Virus record (IMG/VR): IMGVR_UViG_2905984197_000003
Location: 10,435-74,434 of that record
Length of the DNA: 64,000 nt
Source: a virus
Lineage: Duplodnaviria > Caudoviricetes
Reading direction: 5' to 3' (one strand)
Every line of letters begins with the position of its first letter. The stretch's first letter is position 1. Below the pieces are notes generated by a model. The model did no database searches and was not told the DNA's origin. It worked only from the letters and a program-made list of their open reading frames with translations. A program made the translations under genes and the position numbers. Shown here one piece after another: positions 22,301 through 31,633 of this stretch.

Positions 22301-24097
22301 ATCTAATTGATCAAGTCTTCCATTAGTTAGTAATGCAATTCTTTTATAGGCGGCAGCTTTCGTATCTTCTGATGAGGTTTGATCTTCAACAACTTTAATT
22401 AAAGCCTTTATTTTTGCTTCTTGTTCAGTAATTGTTGAAATCTGATTCTTAGCATCGTCATTCATTCTTTTCTGCGATTCTTCAGCAACCGTTAAGGCAG
22501 TATTATATTTATAAATAGCATATCCCAATGCTATAATCAAGGCCGTTGCTAAAGCATACGGATTAGAAAACAATGTTGCATTTAAGAATGATGCAGCTTT
22601 TGCCGCTGCCGTCATGGCAAGAGTTTGTGCTGTTTGAGCGAATGTTAATCTTTGAGTTGATAAAGTATTAAGCGTTTTTGCTGCTGTTTGCTCAATCTCA
22701 GTAGCCGTCTCTACCGTATTAGTTACCGCTGATAAACTTGTAGCTGTATTTTTAAGTTGAGTTTGTGTTGTTTGGAATTCAGTCGCTGTAGTTAAAGCTC
22801 CCTTTCTAGCTATTGAAGCATTCTCTTGCGCTGCTTGCACAGTGTTTTGAGCTTTTTCAACATTTTTCGTAGCAATTAAAACCTCTCTAGCTGAACCATT
22901 TGCTTGAACAGATCTTAATTCTGCTTTAGCTAAAGCAAGTTGAACCTGAGCATTTCCTAAAGCTTGTGCTTTTTCGATAGCTAAAGCAATTGCTTTTTGC
23001 TTTTTCACAGCTAATGAAGAAACCTCAGCTTGAAGCGTTGCGTATTTAGTCGTTAAAGCAGCTCTTTCAGCTTGGGCTTCAGCAAGAGTTGCAGCAGTTT
23101 GTCTTTGCGTAACTATTGCACGGCCGAGTTTCATCCTTTGCGAAAAAGATAAATACCCTATTTCCGTTGCTAATGTTTTATTCGCTACTGATTGAGCAGC
23201 TGAAGTGACCATTATAGCTGCTTTATATGCTCCATACGACAATACAAGAGTTTTTATTATTTCGAATAACTCTTGATAATGCTCAACTAAATGTGTTAAT
23301 CCATCAATACCGTCGTAAAGAATACCTTCATTAGCTTGACCAATTTTGTTTAGCATTTGATCCCATTGATCGCCAAGATTCGAAACTCTTCCAGACATTG
23401 AGGTAGACTGTTTTTCCATTAATTCGAAAAACATTCCTCCCTCGCTTGTCAGATTTTTGATTACCTGCTCAACATCTTTAAAACCTACCTTGCCAGCCTC
23501 AATCATACCTTTGATAGCTGTCTCATCAGTTTTTAGAACCTTGGCTAATTCAGCATACATTGGAATACCAGCTTCGGTGAACTGACGCATTTCCGTACCC
23601 ATTAATCTTCCGGCAGCTTTTACCTGACCATATGCAAGAATAATTCTATCAATAGGAACTGAAACCCCTGCGGAAATGTTTCCGATCCTAGTTAAAGTAT
23701 CTAAAAGGTCTTTCGCAGGAACCTGGAATGCAAGAAGTTGTTTCGCACCTACAGATACATCTTTTAAAGAAAACGGAGTTTTAGCAGCCAGATCAACCAT
23801 TTGCCCCATCAATACCTTAGCCTTATCAGCACTTCCAAGCATTGTAGAAAATGCAATTTCCGTTTTCTGGAATTCACCTCTTACATTGATAAGCTCTTTT
23901 GTAAATGAGAATAGTGTTTGAGCGGAAAAGTAACCACCGATAGCGGTTCCTAGATTACGGAAAGCCGAATCCATTTCCTGAGCTTCTTTTTTTGCAACTC
24001 CTGAAGCTTCACGAATGCTATTTTTGATACGAGTTATACCGGCGTCAAAATTATTAACGGATAAAAGTGCATCGAAATGTAAAGCTCCCTGATTCAT
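19331..24097 (-). CDS. Tail tape measure protein (1588 aa)
   Basis: Long Ala/Lys/Glu-rich helical protein with N-terminal tape-measure domain (AAKTPFS, AYGQVKAAGRLMG, LTSEGGMF); follows the chaperone genes. Confidence 0.95.
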   Translation of the reverse strand: MNQGALHFDALLSVNNFDAGITRIKNSIREASGVAKKEAQEMDSAFRNLGTAIGGYFSAQTLFSFTKELINVRGEFQKTEIAFSTMLGSADKAKVLMGQMVDLAAKTPFSLKDVSVGAKQLLAFQVPAKDLLDTLTRIGNISAGVSVPIDRIILAYGQVKAAGRLMGTEMRQFTEAGIPMYAELAKVLKTDETAIKGMIEAGKVGFKDVEQVIKNLTSEGGMFFELMEKQSTSMSGRVSNLGDQWDQMLNKIGQANEGILYDGIDGLTHLVEHYQELFEIIKTLVLSYGAYKAAIMVTSAAQSVANKTLATEIGYLSFSQRMKLGRAIVTQRQTAATLAEAQAERAALTTKYATLQAEVSSLAVKKQKAIALAIEKAQALGNAQVQLALAKAELRSVQANGSAREVLIATKNVEKAQNTVQAAQENASIARKGALTTATEFQTTQTQLKNTATSLSAVTNTVETATEIEQTAAKTLNTLSTQRLTFAQTAQTLAMTAAAKAASFLNATLFSNPYALATALIIALGYAIYKYNTALTVAEESQKRMNDDAKNQISTITEQEAKIKALIKVVEDQTSSEDTKAAAYKRIALLTNGRLDQLDAEAVKTGKATGMIQKYIEMLKLEAEAKRYVNELGRLETDTEDLKNTRGDFGLGDMWDDFTDFDSSFNWSLKERKKERVDRIVKDKEAEKEEIQKKLDDLAKRGVNITETEITEDKTPAKKGWAQKIKAQIDEISAQMDSAPTEAAYRKLEAQKKKLDDLLNPKKEKQENQLAEIIPKGSIKELQQRASLISDAIDVAINGQVKLRKLDKFGKDKDKKGNAYLTGESVSLEEAYKRREVIENKITSLQYKSFQERIDESERQWNNYYKMSEFYGKETADAQYKELFNGAQNYLEYLEKQEQVLRAKQTTGLLTEKDKKDIVFLQQKITELNGTETPFENFKRGIDDALKALPSFVDQLDVIENTQSEAYQKSGGNTDFFLQQRKYLQERKKEISQQQKEIYSNFIKEQETFEQKQIQISEKYNDFRRRIGLMSVSDSERLKLLNAAGKDEAKEYRSAFMSVFEKTDLFEKAFGNIDALTKKEISQLIPQLEKEMENLINLGAPTAEVEVFRKKIEDLKKLTTGNSPFKSLIASFKELRKRIREGTATQEDFNRLNQHIQETKFYTDLAVNSAKELSEALGMDGKGGPFEKFAKDLTQTLEGLVNALVGYFSGNIQQMVGGIAQMVVGIVKMLSTAGDGKKEKGIREWKRAVDDLKFAYEELQRAIEKTAGESQIAMQRDLIANLKEQQRILYDMRSKESDKKKVDQDKVAAYTEQIKDINVQIQDVIDNFQKSITTTDFKDWSQKIADALIDAFGKGEDAATAFDKVVDDVMRNAVANALKIKILEPAVKSMVDKLYQSMGFGGEAGATAEQAAALKNYQDQIAEIEKKIPTVNSSVAANLNSTKNYLLEKIKILQQQIAANSVSGSFDGLTEEEREKIKALGLTAMQQYTAALQQYEDLFGSAAENAQGMKGDIKGITEKTAGALEAQFNAVRINIVAILKIHQANQNVFKNQLLIQSQIEINTRPLKAILKEISELNQKVKKGAAGIP

Positions 24098-24492
24098 TAT
24101 TTTATATTTCGCTTGTTAAGCTCTTGAATATGTTTAGCGAAGTCTGAAGCGTTTTGAGGTGTTAATTCTTTCACTTCTTCTTTCGGCTTGCCTTCTGATT
24201 TATTGTCTACGTATTTTTGACTCGGTAAGTCAGATAACATTCGTAGAATGGTTCCCCACGGAATTCCCCACATTAATTCTTTGTAGGAAATGTTTAATGT
24301 TTTCATTGCAAATCCTGCAGTTCCGTAGATAGATTTGAGACCGGTGTTTTCCCATCTACCAGACTCGTCTCCTTCGGACTCGTTATCGTCATCTGTCCTA
24401 TTATTCTGATAGAGGTTATAAAATTTTTGATGTCGTACATCTGGAGTATCGCAATACTCATTTTCAATGCTATTTGTGGATTCAACTTCCAC
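24097..24492 (-). CDS. Tail assembly chaperone, -1-frame extension (gpT-like)
   Basis: ORF in the -1 frame overlapping the 3' part of 24303-24833 and ending at the TMP start; lambda G/GT arrangement. Confidence 0.65.
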   Translation of the reverse strand: MEVESTNSIENEYCDTPDVRHQKFYNLYQNNRTDDDNESEGDESGRWENTGLKSIYGTAGFAMKTLNISYKELMWGIPWGTILRMLSDLPSQKYVDNKSEGKPKEEVKELTPQNASDFAKHIQELNKRNIK

Positions 24493-24833
24493 TTAAGATA
24501 CTTTGAAAGCAAACCAGTAAACAGTTTGACCTTCCAGTAATCATGAAGAATACTAACTGCTATAAATCGCATAAGGGGATCTATGTTCTTCTCCATTTCT
24601 TTGAAAACAGATGAATTATCATCTGAAAGAAGATTAACCTTGAGCTTTACAGCGTATTTGTTGGCTTGAGTGATTGTTCCAAAATGCAAGGGTTTAATAT
24701 GGAATTCACGTTTTCCGATATTGATCTTAAAACCATGTTCTATAAGCAGGTCCGCTTCCTTTTCTTCAGCTTCTATTGCAGAAGTATTTTCTGCAATAAA
24801 TTCTTTGAATATTGAATCTTCAGGATTTTCCAT
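24303..24833 (-). CDS. Tail assembly chaperone (gpG-like)
   Basis: 176 aa, between tail tube and TMP genes. Confidence 0.75.
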   Translation of the reverse strand: MENPEDSIFKEFIAENTSAIEAEEKEADLLIEHGFKINIGKREFHIKPLHFGTITQANKYAVKLKVNLLSDDNSSVFKEMEKNIDPLMRFIAVSILHDYWKVKLFTGLLSKYLKWKLNPQIALKMSIAILQMYDIKNFITSIRIIGQMTITSPKETSLVDGKTPVSNLSTELQDLQ

Positions 24834-24839
24834 ATTTTG

Positions 24840-24870
24840 AAAAAATCCGTCTACAGAATGCAGACGGATT
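24840..24870 (-). terminator. Intrinsic terminator after the major tail gene
   Basis: aatccgtct...agacggatt stem followed by a T run on the minus strand. Confidence 0.65.
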
Positions 24871-24892
24871 GCATTTTAATTAGTTTTTAATA

Positions 24893-25393
24893 CTATTTTT
24901 CTCTGTATACTAGAGCATCTTCTCCATCTTTCTCTGGAGCCTGAACCGTCACAACAACCTTCATTGTTAAAACTCCTTCAGTTCCCACAGTTCCACCAAG
25001 TGGAGTTGCTACAACTTTTCCGTTTGTTACATCGATATCATATCCTACTTTTGTTTCAAGTGAGAATGATTTCTCGATGATTTCTTTAACAGCAGGTGGA
25101 GCATAACTCTTCTTGCCTGTGGTCGTGATAACCTCACCCCCCATGTAGTAGGCTTGAGTTTCTAAAGAAGGATTTGCAACTTCGAAGGTTAAAGTAGTTT
25201 CAGCATCGTTTTGTCCGATAGCTATTCTTTTTCCTTTTTCTTCAGTTTCAACCCAGTTAATAGTTTCGTCGGTAGTTTCAAGAACTACCGTACCTTTCAA
25301 GTGTTCATCGTGCTCTGTAAGCACGATTCCCATACCTCCATCGACAGCTTTGTCGCCTGATAGGATTCTTTTTACACCGAATGTCCAAGCCAT
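24893..25393 (-). CDS. Major tail tube protein
   Basis: 166 aa, beta-rich; canonical position upstream of the chaperones and TMP. Confidence 0.8.
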   Translation of the reverse strand: MAWTFGVKRILSGDKAVDGGMGIVLTEHDEHLKGTVVLETTDETINWVETEEKGKRIAIGQNDAETTLTFEVANPSLETQAYYMGGEVITTTGKKSYAPPAVKEIIEKSFSLETKVGYDIDVTNGKVVATPLGGTVGTEGVLTMKVVVTVQAPEKDGEDALVYREK

Positions 25394-25412
25394 TTTTATT
25401 TTTGATTAATTG

Positions 25413-25811
25413 TTATTGAATTGTTCTTGTTTTAAGTCTGATGACGGAAACCCATTCATTCTTTCCGTCGACTTTATAATCACGCTGAGACTCGATTTCG
25501 ATGTATGTCTTTTTATTTGGTAAATAAATCTCATCGAAAAGAGGCATCAGTAGTTTAGTAGCATTATTGAGCGTTGCTAAATCTGGTCTGTAAGATGTTC
25601 CGGATTTTAAATCGCTTGCGTAAATGTTTATCAGAATTGTAGAAGGATATAAAACCAGGTCAGGAACAAGTAAAGCTCCGATAACAACATCATTTTTCGT
25701 AGAATCGAAAGGTCTCTGATCAATATAAACATCACCTGTCATGATTGTTTTAAATTGACTAGAAGCGATAATTCCGTAAGCGATAGATTTTAATTCAAAA
25801 GATGTTATCAT
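25413..25811 (-). CDS. Tail terminator-like protein
   Basis: 132 aa; synteny immediately upstream of the tail tube gene. Confidence 0.6.
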   Translation of the reverse strand: MITSFELKSIAYGIIASSQFKTIMTGDVYIDQRPFDSTKNDVVIGALLVPDLVLYPSTILINIYASDLKSGTSYRPDLATLNNATKLLMPLFDEIYLPNKKTYIEIESQRDYKVDGKNEWVSVIRLKTRTIQ

Positions 25812-26284
25812 TGTGCTTTTCTCATTGAATTGACAATACTTTGTGCGACTTGCTTAATTCTGACATTTGCTAAGCTTTTTGCTGGTGCAATAACATCCAG
25901 ATGTTTAACATCCTCGATATAACTTGCGTATTCCATTCCTGCAACAACTATAAGCGCATATCCAACCTGAAAGTTTTTAGCAATTTCTTTAGCGAAATTT
26001 TCTCCCACTCTTTCTCCCGGAACTTCTTTCGAATCGAATTCAGGACCTCTTTGTCCTGCTTCAAACTTTGACGAAATAACATTTCCGTGTTTTACAACTA
26101 CATATCCGATCGAGTTTCTAAGATTTCCGGTTCTGTCAGTGTAAGTGTCAAGGCTTTTCGCCAAATTCACACATTCCATACCGAGAAAATTGAGATTTCT
26201 AATCATCAACTCGTCTAGCATTTTAACCTTGCCTTGCAGATATGAGTTGATTTCAGACATTTTGAAATTAGCTTCTATACCCAT
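25808..26284 (-). CDS. HK97 gp10-like neck / tail completion protein
   Basis: Motifs YTDRTGNLRNSIGY and VAGMEYASYIE. Confidence 0.8.
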   Translation of the reverse strand: MGIEANFKMSEINSYLQGKVKMLDELMIRNLNFLGMECVNLAKSLDTYTDRTGNLRNSIGYVVVKHGNVISSKFEAGQRGPEFDSKEVPGERVGENFAKEIAKNFQVGYALIVVAGMEYASYIEDVKHLDVIAPAKSLANVRIKQVAQSIVNSMRKAQ

Positions 26285-26598
26285 AATCTACAGTGTAATT
26301 GAGGAGCGTTTGAAAATCTTATTACATCACCTGAAAGAATTACCTCATCTCCATTTTTGATTAGAATCTTAGTATTTGCTGAAATCTTTTCAGTTCCATT
26401 CGGCATCACCACTTTTGAAGAATAATTCACAACTTCACCAGATTCTTTTGCAATGATATTTCCTGGTCCCGCTGCTCTTTCTCTACATTTACAGTGAAAA
26501 ACCTCCGTAGGTTCGGAAGGAATTGGAAAACCTGTTTCCGGATCAGTTCCGCCTTCAGTATTGCTTACCACATACAAATCGTGGGGATATTGTGTCAT
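26275..26598 (-). CDS. Head closure protein
   Basis: 107 aa; synteny in the neck module. Confidence 0.6.
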   Translation of the reverse strand: MTQYPHDLYVVSNTEGGTDPETGFPIPSEPTEVFHCKCRERAAGPGNIIAKESGEVVNYSSKVVMPNGTEKISANTKILIKNGDEVILSGDVIRFSNAPQLHCRLWV

Positions 26599-26921
26599 GC
26601 TAAATAGCTTATGTCCTTAACTTGAACTTTGCCTTTTTTCAAAAGATCTTCGATTCCTAATCTGATACATTCCATAGCATACCAGCTTTCTAAAGCTTTT
26701 CGGTCATATTTGACTGAATAATCATCTTCAGATATATCGGGAGTTATCAATAACTCAAGGATTATTTCCGTGAAAAGCTTATCCATATCATCGGGTTTTG
26801 TCAAATCAAAAGCACCGTCGATTTGCTTAGAAGCAAAAAAAACGTCCAGATCTGCATCACTCATAGTGATAGACAATCGTCTAAGCTTACTTTGGAAATA
26901 TTCCTTGTTTGTTACTGACAT
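26595..26921 (-). CDS. Head-tail connector (adaptor) protein
   Basis: 108 aa directly after the major capsid gene; PDISEDDYSVKYD motif. Confidence 0.6.
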   Translation of the reverse strand: MSVTNKEYFQSKLRRLSITMSDADLDVFFASKQIDGAFDLTKPDDMDKLFTEIILELLITPDISEDDYSVKYDRKALESWYAMECIRLGIEDLLKKGKVQVKDISYLA

Positions 26922-26925
26922 ATTC

Positions 26926-28032
26926 TTAGAAATCTCCGGTTGTACTCAGTAAGTAGATATACTTGATAGTGTCAACGACAGGGAATGCATTTAATTCTGC
27001 TTTTGTCCACTCACCCCAAGGCTCATTTGCTGACCATTTAGAAATAAGTGTTCTACCTTTTTTATTGTAGGTAACATGCTCAACAGGTTTCATTTCTTCC
27101 ATCGCTAAAGCATTTTTGATTTCTCCCAAATTACCTTCAGGAATAAATGCGATATTCGCAGCTTTGAAAGGTTGTAGAATTGAGACGTTTCCATCTTTTT
27201 CAATTGGAACACGGATGTCAACAATTTCGAAAACAGGAAGCTTTGCAGCTGTCATATACTCGTTGATTCTATCAGAGGTCAATGGAGCTGTTTGAGAATT
27301 TCTTGCTGCTGCCGAAAGTCCGAAAAATGTTCCTACTGTTTCTTTTACTTCTTTAGACTGCATGAACTGAAGAAAAGCGGTATTATCAATCAACATTTTA
27401 GCAAATGTTTTACCTTTACTATAAGCACCATTTACCAAATTGGTGATATCTGTAATTGGTTTTGAATTTACGGTATCGCTCCAATCAACAGATGCGTTGA
27501 TTTTATTCTCAGTAGGCATTTCCAATTCAATAGTACCAACCACAATACCGTCGGGGTTATTGTCAGCGGTAATAGTAATCGTTCCTGTTGAAATAGCTTC
27601 GGCAACGGTGTAATCAAGTCTTTTATCAACCGCTTCGGTAACATACTTTAAGTCGTCCCAAATCAATTTTAAAGCTTGATTCTTCTTTTCGTTGTCTTTG
27701 ATGGCCTTCATATCCTGAAGAACCATATAGTTTCTATATTTCTCTTCATCCAAGTCTCTCATCACCTTAATTGGCGGGATTTTACCTGTCAAAGACTGTA
27801 AAGTCTCACGACTTCTCAATGGAGTTTCACCATCACGAGTCACGAAAGATGCAGCAGGAGTAATTGTTGAATTACCCAATACTGTTGTGTAGGTTAATGA
27901 TATTTGCGGTAAGGCAAATGAGAAATATTTTGAATACCAAGGCTGATTGAATTTTTCAAGCCTTGTATCGATCATGATTTGCGTTGTCTCTTGGTCAGCG
28001 ACACTTCCAAAAACTGATGCTTCTTTAGCCAT
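26926..28032 (-). CDS. Major capsid protein
   Basis: 368 aa; ASFVTRDGETPLRSR, GKIPPIK and W(S)D...KPITDI motifs of gpE-like capsids; follows scaffold and decoration genes. Confidence 0.9.
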   Translation of the reverse strand: MAKEASVFGSVADQETTQIMIDTRLEKFNQPWYSKYFSFALPQISLTYTTVLGNSTITPAASFVTRDGETPLRSRETLQSLTGKIPPIKVMRDLDEEKYRNYMVLQDMKAIKDNEKKNQALKLIWDDLKYVTEAVDKRLDYTVAEAISTGTITITADNNPDGIVVGTIELEMPTENKINASVDWSDTVNSKPITDITNLVNGAYSKGKTFAKMLIDNTAFLQFMQSKEVKETVGTFFGLSAAARNSQTAPLTSDRINEYMTAAKLPVFEIVDIRVPIEKDGNVSILQPFKAANIAFIPEGNLGEIKNALAMEEMKPVEHVTYNKKGRTLISKWSANEPWGEWTKAELNAFPVVDTIKYIYLLSTTGDF

Positions 28033-28052
28033 TTTGTTTAATTTTTAAGAGA

Positions 28053-28424
28053 TTATCGAGATTCAGAGAAAATAATTAGAGGTAAGACATCTCTATGAGC
28101 TTGGTCAATTGAAGGTGTAACTCTTCTTGCGTAAACCGTTCCTCTCAGAACGACATCCACCGGAGCAGCATCTTCAATGATTACATCATTTTTCAAAAGA
28201 CCTTTAGCATCTGACACCTCATCAGGTTCATCGCCTGTTAGGGTTGCTTTCTTTGCTTTTCTAGTAGCTTCATCAAACGTCATAGGTGTACCAGCGGAAA
28301 TTGTCTCACCAGCTGTTAACCCTGTCATGTCTAATGAAAAACCACCTCGTGCAGTTTCCAGAATCTTCTGGAAAATCGGAATCGTTCTCGTTCCTGTTTT
28401 TGAGGTAATATCTAAATATCCCAT
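28053..28424 (-). CDS. Head decoration protein
   Basis: 123 aa between scaffold and capsid genes; ISAGTP and AKGLLKNDV motifs. Confidence 0.7.
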   Translation of the reverse strand: MGYLDITSKTGTRTIPIFQKILETARGGFSLDMTGLTAGETISAGTPMTFDEATRKAKKATLTGDEPDEVSDAKGLLKNDVIIEDAAPVDVVLRGTVYARRVTPSIDQAHRDVLPLIIFSESR

Positions 28425-28453
28425 TTTGTTATTGTTAAGATTGATTAATGCTC

Positions 28454-29062
28454 TTAGAATGACTTATTGAAAGCTTCAATGTCTGCCTTCTTTTGAGCTT
28501 CAGTCTGATTCCCAACCGAACTTGCGGGCTTATATCCGTCTCCGGCATCAGCTTCCGTTCTGTTTTGTAAAATTTCGGAGTAGAACTCCCCTTGTTTAGT
28601 AACAAACTCTTCAATTCCTTCGTCATTTTCGAAGCTTCTTCCGAGCATAACAGAATCGATTTCCTTATCTGTCATTTTCAAAGCTTTAAGTCCTGCAACT
28701 ACTTTTTGATTGTTTGTTTCGACTGCTTTTTCAGTTTTCAAACCCTGTACAGTCTCTGTAAGTTTTTGAATTGCCAAAAGCATAGGATCAGTTGTTTTAC
28801 CTTCCTCTGGTTTAGGTTCATCTGCTGCCCCTTCACCAGAATTTCCACCTTGTTCTTTCTTCTTAGTTGCCGCTGTCACTCTCGCATCAATCTCTGATTG
28901 AAAAGTTTTAGCAAGCGGTTCGAAAACCACACATTGAGCAGTTATTTCTTCATCGGTTGCGTTTTCTCCAAGAGAACCCGTAATAGAATCAGATAATCCC
29001 TGTAATGCCTTTTCGGAAAGCCCATTTTTTAGGAAATGTTTTTTTACGATTGGGTTAATCAT
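28454..29062 (-). CDS. Capsid scaffolding protein
   Basis: 202 aa, charged and helical with low-complexity linker (FQSEIDARVTAA...); upstream of decoration and capsid genes. Confidence 0.7.
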   Translation of the reverse strand: MINPIVKKHFLKNGLSEKALQGLSDSITGSLGENATDEEITAQCVVFEPLAKTFQSEIDARVTAATKKKEQGGNSGEGAADEPKPEEGKTTDPMLLAIQKLTETVQGLKTEKAVETNNQKVVAGLKALKMTDKEIDSVMLGRSFENDEGIEEFVTKQGEFYSEILQNRTEADAGDGYKPASSVGNQTEAQKKADIEAFNKSF

Positions 29063-29083
29063 TTTGATTTCATTTTAATGAAT

Positions 29084-29134
29084 CAAAAATAATACATTCA
29101 ATTGTACTATGTACGTTGGAAATTTGTATATTTG
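29084..29134. promoter_or_regulatory. Divergent Bacteroidetes-type promoters with an operator-like site between them
   Basis: TAnnTTTG on minus (29084-29091) and plus (29127-29134); TTGTA-N5-TACGTTGG at 29102-29119. Confidence 0.6.
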
Positions 29135-29233
29135 TCGTGTTAAAATATTGATATGTGTATTATTTCAATGGATTAAATAAATAAAAGACCGTGATTTTAT
29201 CGGCTTTTTTATCAATAATTAAATAGTTATAGC

Positions 29234-29542
29234 ATGGATAAAACTCACGCAAAACAACTTTCCTTAAGATTGGATAATTACCACCTAAAACAAATGCTTG
29301 ATAAAGCTAAAGAAGAAATAAAAGATTGGACTGTTGCTTCCAAAATTAACAAAGGACTTTCAAAAGGAACTGTTTGGAATATCCTCGCAAATAATTTTGA
29401 GGTGGATAAACACCTGAATAACATTGTTAAGTACAATTTGATTAGAGAGTATGGGGAATTTCTTCCGGAAAGTTTACAACCAAGAAAAAAGCAGTCCAAA
29501 CCTGAAATTATACCGGTTCATCAGGATCCTATTTTTAAATAG
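29234..29542 (+). CDS. Hypothetical protein, first gene of the plus-strand accessory block
   Basis: 102-aa ORF with AT-rich leader downstream of a promoter motif. Confidence 0.75.
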   Translation: MDKTHAKQLSLRLDNYHLKQMLDKAKEEIKDWTVASKINKGLSKGTVWNILANNFEVDKHLNNIVKYNLIREYGEFLPESLQPRKKQSKPEIIPVHQDPIFK

Positions 29543-29567
29543 ATTACTAACAAACAAAAATTAAATT

Positions 29568-29831
29568 ATGAAAACTGTAAAAGTAAAAATGACCAGAAAA
29601 GTTACTTACGAAGCCGTCTTAAAAGTAAGTGATGAAGATTTTGAATTAATAAAAGATATTGATAATGAAGATGTCGAAATGTATGACCGATCAACAATTA
29701 AAGATGTTGGCAACGGAATAAAAACCATTTCTACTAATAAAGTCTATGAGATATTGGATGATTTAGATGATCCTACTTTTGAAATAGATAAAGAAGAAAC
29801 AATGTTCGATGTTTTTGTAACTCCTGCTTAA
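29568..29831 (+). CDS. Acidic hypothetical protein
   Basis: 87-aa ORF in a tightly packed run. Confidence 0.75.
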   Translation: MKTVKVKMTRKVTYEAVLKVSDEDFELIKDIDNEDVEMYDRSTIKDVGNGIKTISTNKVYEILDDLDDPTFEIDKEETMFDVFVTPA

Positions 29832-29850
29832 CCCTTAAATAAAAACAAAG

Positions 29851-30117
29851 ATGAATACAATCTACAAATACGAATTGCAAACTATCGAACAACAAACTAT
29901 ATCAATGCCTGTTGGTAGTGAAATATTAAAACTTGATTTACAATTTGGCATCCCTTGTATTTGGGTTAAAGTTGATACTAATAGCGAATTAGGAGATAGA
30001 AATTTCTTCACAGTCGGAACAGGTAATTATCTGCATGATGGTGATTTAGATTTTATTGGAACATATCAGTTGTTAGATGGGAATTTTGTCTATCACGTTT
30101 TTGAAATCAATTTTTAA
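29851..30117 (+). CDS. Conserved small phage protein
   Basis: 88 aa; TIYKYEL...VGTG...IGTYQ...VYHVFE pattern common in phages. Confidence 0.8.
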   Translation: MNTIYKYELQTIEQQTISMPVGSEILKLDLQFGIPCIWVKVDTNSELGDRNFFTVGTGNYLHDGDLDFIGTYQLLDGNFVYHVFEINF

Positions 30118-30137
30118 CTACCAAATAAAATACTATT

Positions 30138-30578
30138 ATGAAACAGATAGAATTAGAATTACAGAAAAGACTTCTTGTTGTTGAGTATGTAGACAAAAAA
30201 GAAGCTGAATTGGATTTATTAACTCATAAAGCTTTTCCCGAATCTTATAAAACAGTCATTTGTTTAGGTTCTGAATTAACGGAAGAGATAGCGAAAGGAT
30301 TGGTTCATCAATCTATTCACACGGGTTTATTTGCTCACTATGTTAAAGATATTCCTGTAAATACATACTGCTATAAATCAGCTTTAGAATCTTTCTCAAC
30401 AGGGATAAAAAACGAAGGTTATAACATTGGAGGAAATCCCGTTTCATTGGAAAGAGAAAAACATTATAGGGATTTCGGAAATACTTTTGTTGCTGATGGA
30501 ATCCTTAGGTCTTGGCAAGAAGCTGATCGCCGAACCTTCAACCCAGAGAAAACATTAATATTTGAAATACTATTATGA
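30138..30578 (+). CDS. Phage hypothetical protein
   Basis: 146 aa; ATGA overlap with the next gene. Confidence 0.75.
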   Translation: MKQIELELQKRLLVVEYVDKKEAELDLLTHKAFPESYKTVICLGSELTEEIAKGLVHQSIHTGLFAHYVKDIPVNTYCYKSALESFSTGIKNEGYNIGGNPVSLEREKHYRDFGNTFVADGILRSWQEADRRTFNPEKTLIFEILL

Positions 30579-30940
30579 GCAGATTAGAAGAGATAAAAGA
30601 CAAGTATGCTAAAACCAAACAATTCGACAATTGGACAGATTTCATAAATGATGAATCGCATTGGATGGTTGAAAAACACATGGATAAAGTTTGCGAAATC
30701 TACGCAAAAGAATGTTCTCAGGCTTCTTTGGAGAAAGCGAAAAAAGACCTTTATAATTATTGGATATTTTTTGAAGAAGGCAAAACCAATTCACCTGAAT
30801 TCACAATTAAAGTAGAAGATCCTGCAAAAGTTTATAACACCGCTTATGAAGCTTATGGTCCACAAGTAGAAGATTTATTTTACAGCTGTGTATCTCATGA
30901 AGAATCAATCACCAACCCTGAAAACATTGTACTCCTTTAA
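30575..30940 (+). CDS. Phage hypothetical protein
   Basis: 121 aa; translationally coupled to the previous gene. Confidence 0.75.
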   Translation: MSRLEEIKDKYAKTKQFDNWTDFINDESHWMVEKHMDKVCEIYAKECSQASLEKAKKDLYNYWIFFEEGKTNSPEFTIKVEDPAKVYNTAYEAYGPQVEDLFYSCVSHEESITNPENIVLL

Positions 30941-30971
30941 TTTTTGACGAATTGGAACTAAAATAAACGAT

Positions 30972-31399
30972 ATGGAAAATACAATTGAAAATGGCTTGAA
31001 AAAGAACTGCAGCCAAGAAGTATATCTCTTTGGGGATCTGTAGCTCAAACCGATTTTGTTCCTGAGTTATGTTCAGAGTTTGAAGGTGATGGTCAACAAT
31101 TAATTTATTTTGGAACCGTAAACCAACGTCCTCGCTATTGGCTGATGAGAATTGATTCTAAGCATGATATTGAAAGTGAAGAGTTCAGTGATAAAATTGA
31201 AGAAATAGTTATTGAACCATTGTGTGAGGAATTTGGAGAGACAAAATGGCTAAGTGAGGAAAACTTTACAATGGAAAAAAATAGAAAAGGATTCAGTGAT
31301 TATGATGTAGAAGAATTTGACAATTACAATGAATGGATGGAAGAATATTCAGTGCTGAAAATGGTGATTGTTTGGGTGAAAATTATCTTGGAAGTTTAA
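30972..31399 (+). pseudogene. Acidic hypothetical protein with apparent 1-nt frameshift near 30988-30991
   Basis: ATG at 30972 (MENTIE). The reading frame of ORF 31145-31399 opens at 30989; adding one A gives MENTIEKWLEKELQPRS...MRIDSK. Confidence 0.5.
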
Positions 31400-31590
31400 C
31401 AAATGCAAAACTTACTAAAGTGATTCTTACAATCGCTCATCTTGACCATGATAAAGAGAATTGGGAAGTGAAAGATGAAAGATTGAAGGCACTTTGCCAA
31501 AGATGTCATTTGGTTTTAGATAAAGACCATCACGCAGAAAATAGAAGAAACACAATTAGCAAAAAGAAAGGATTAGAACCACTTTTTTAA
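31400..31590 (+). pseudogene. C-terminal remnant of an HNH-like protein
   Basis: KVILTIAHLDHDKEN...LKALCQRCH present, but the N-terminal CxxC half is replaced by the upstream gene. Confidence 0.65.
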
Positions 31591-31633
31591 GCTGACATCT
31601 TACTGTCTAAAAAACAATTTAAAAATAATTACA

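Noticed and set aside
280-28897. Many plus-strand ORFs in the track overlapping structural genes (for example 681-1001, 12632-13024, 20793-21104, 28177-28470)
   Set aside because: Antisense shadows of well-supported minus-strand genes, with no recognisable motifs.
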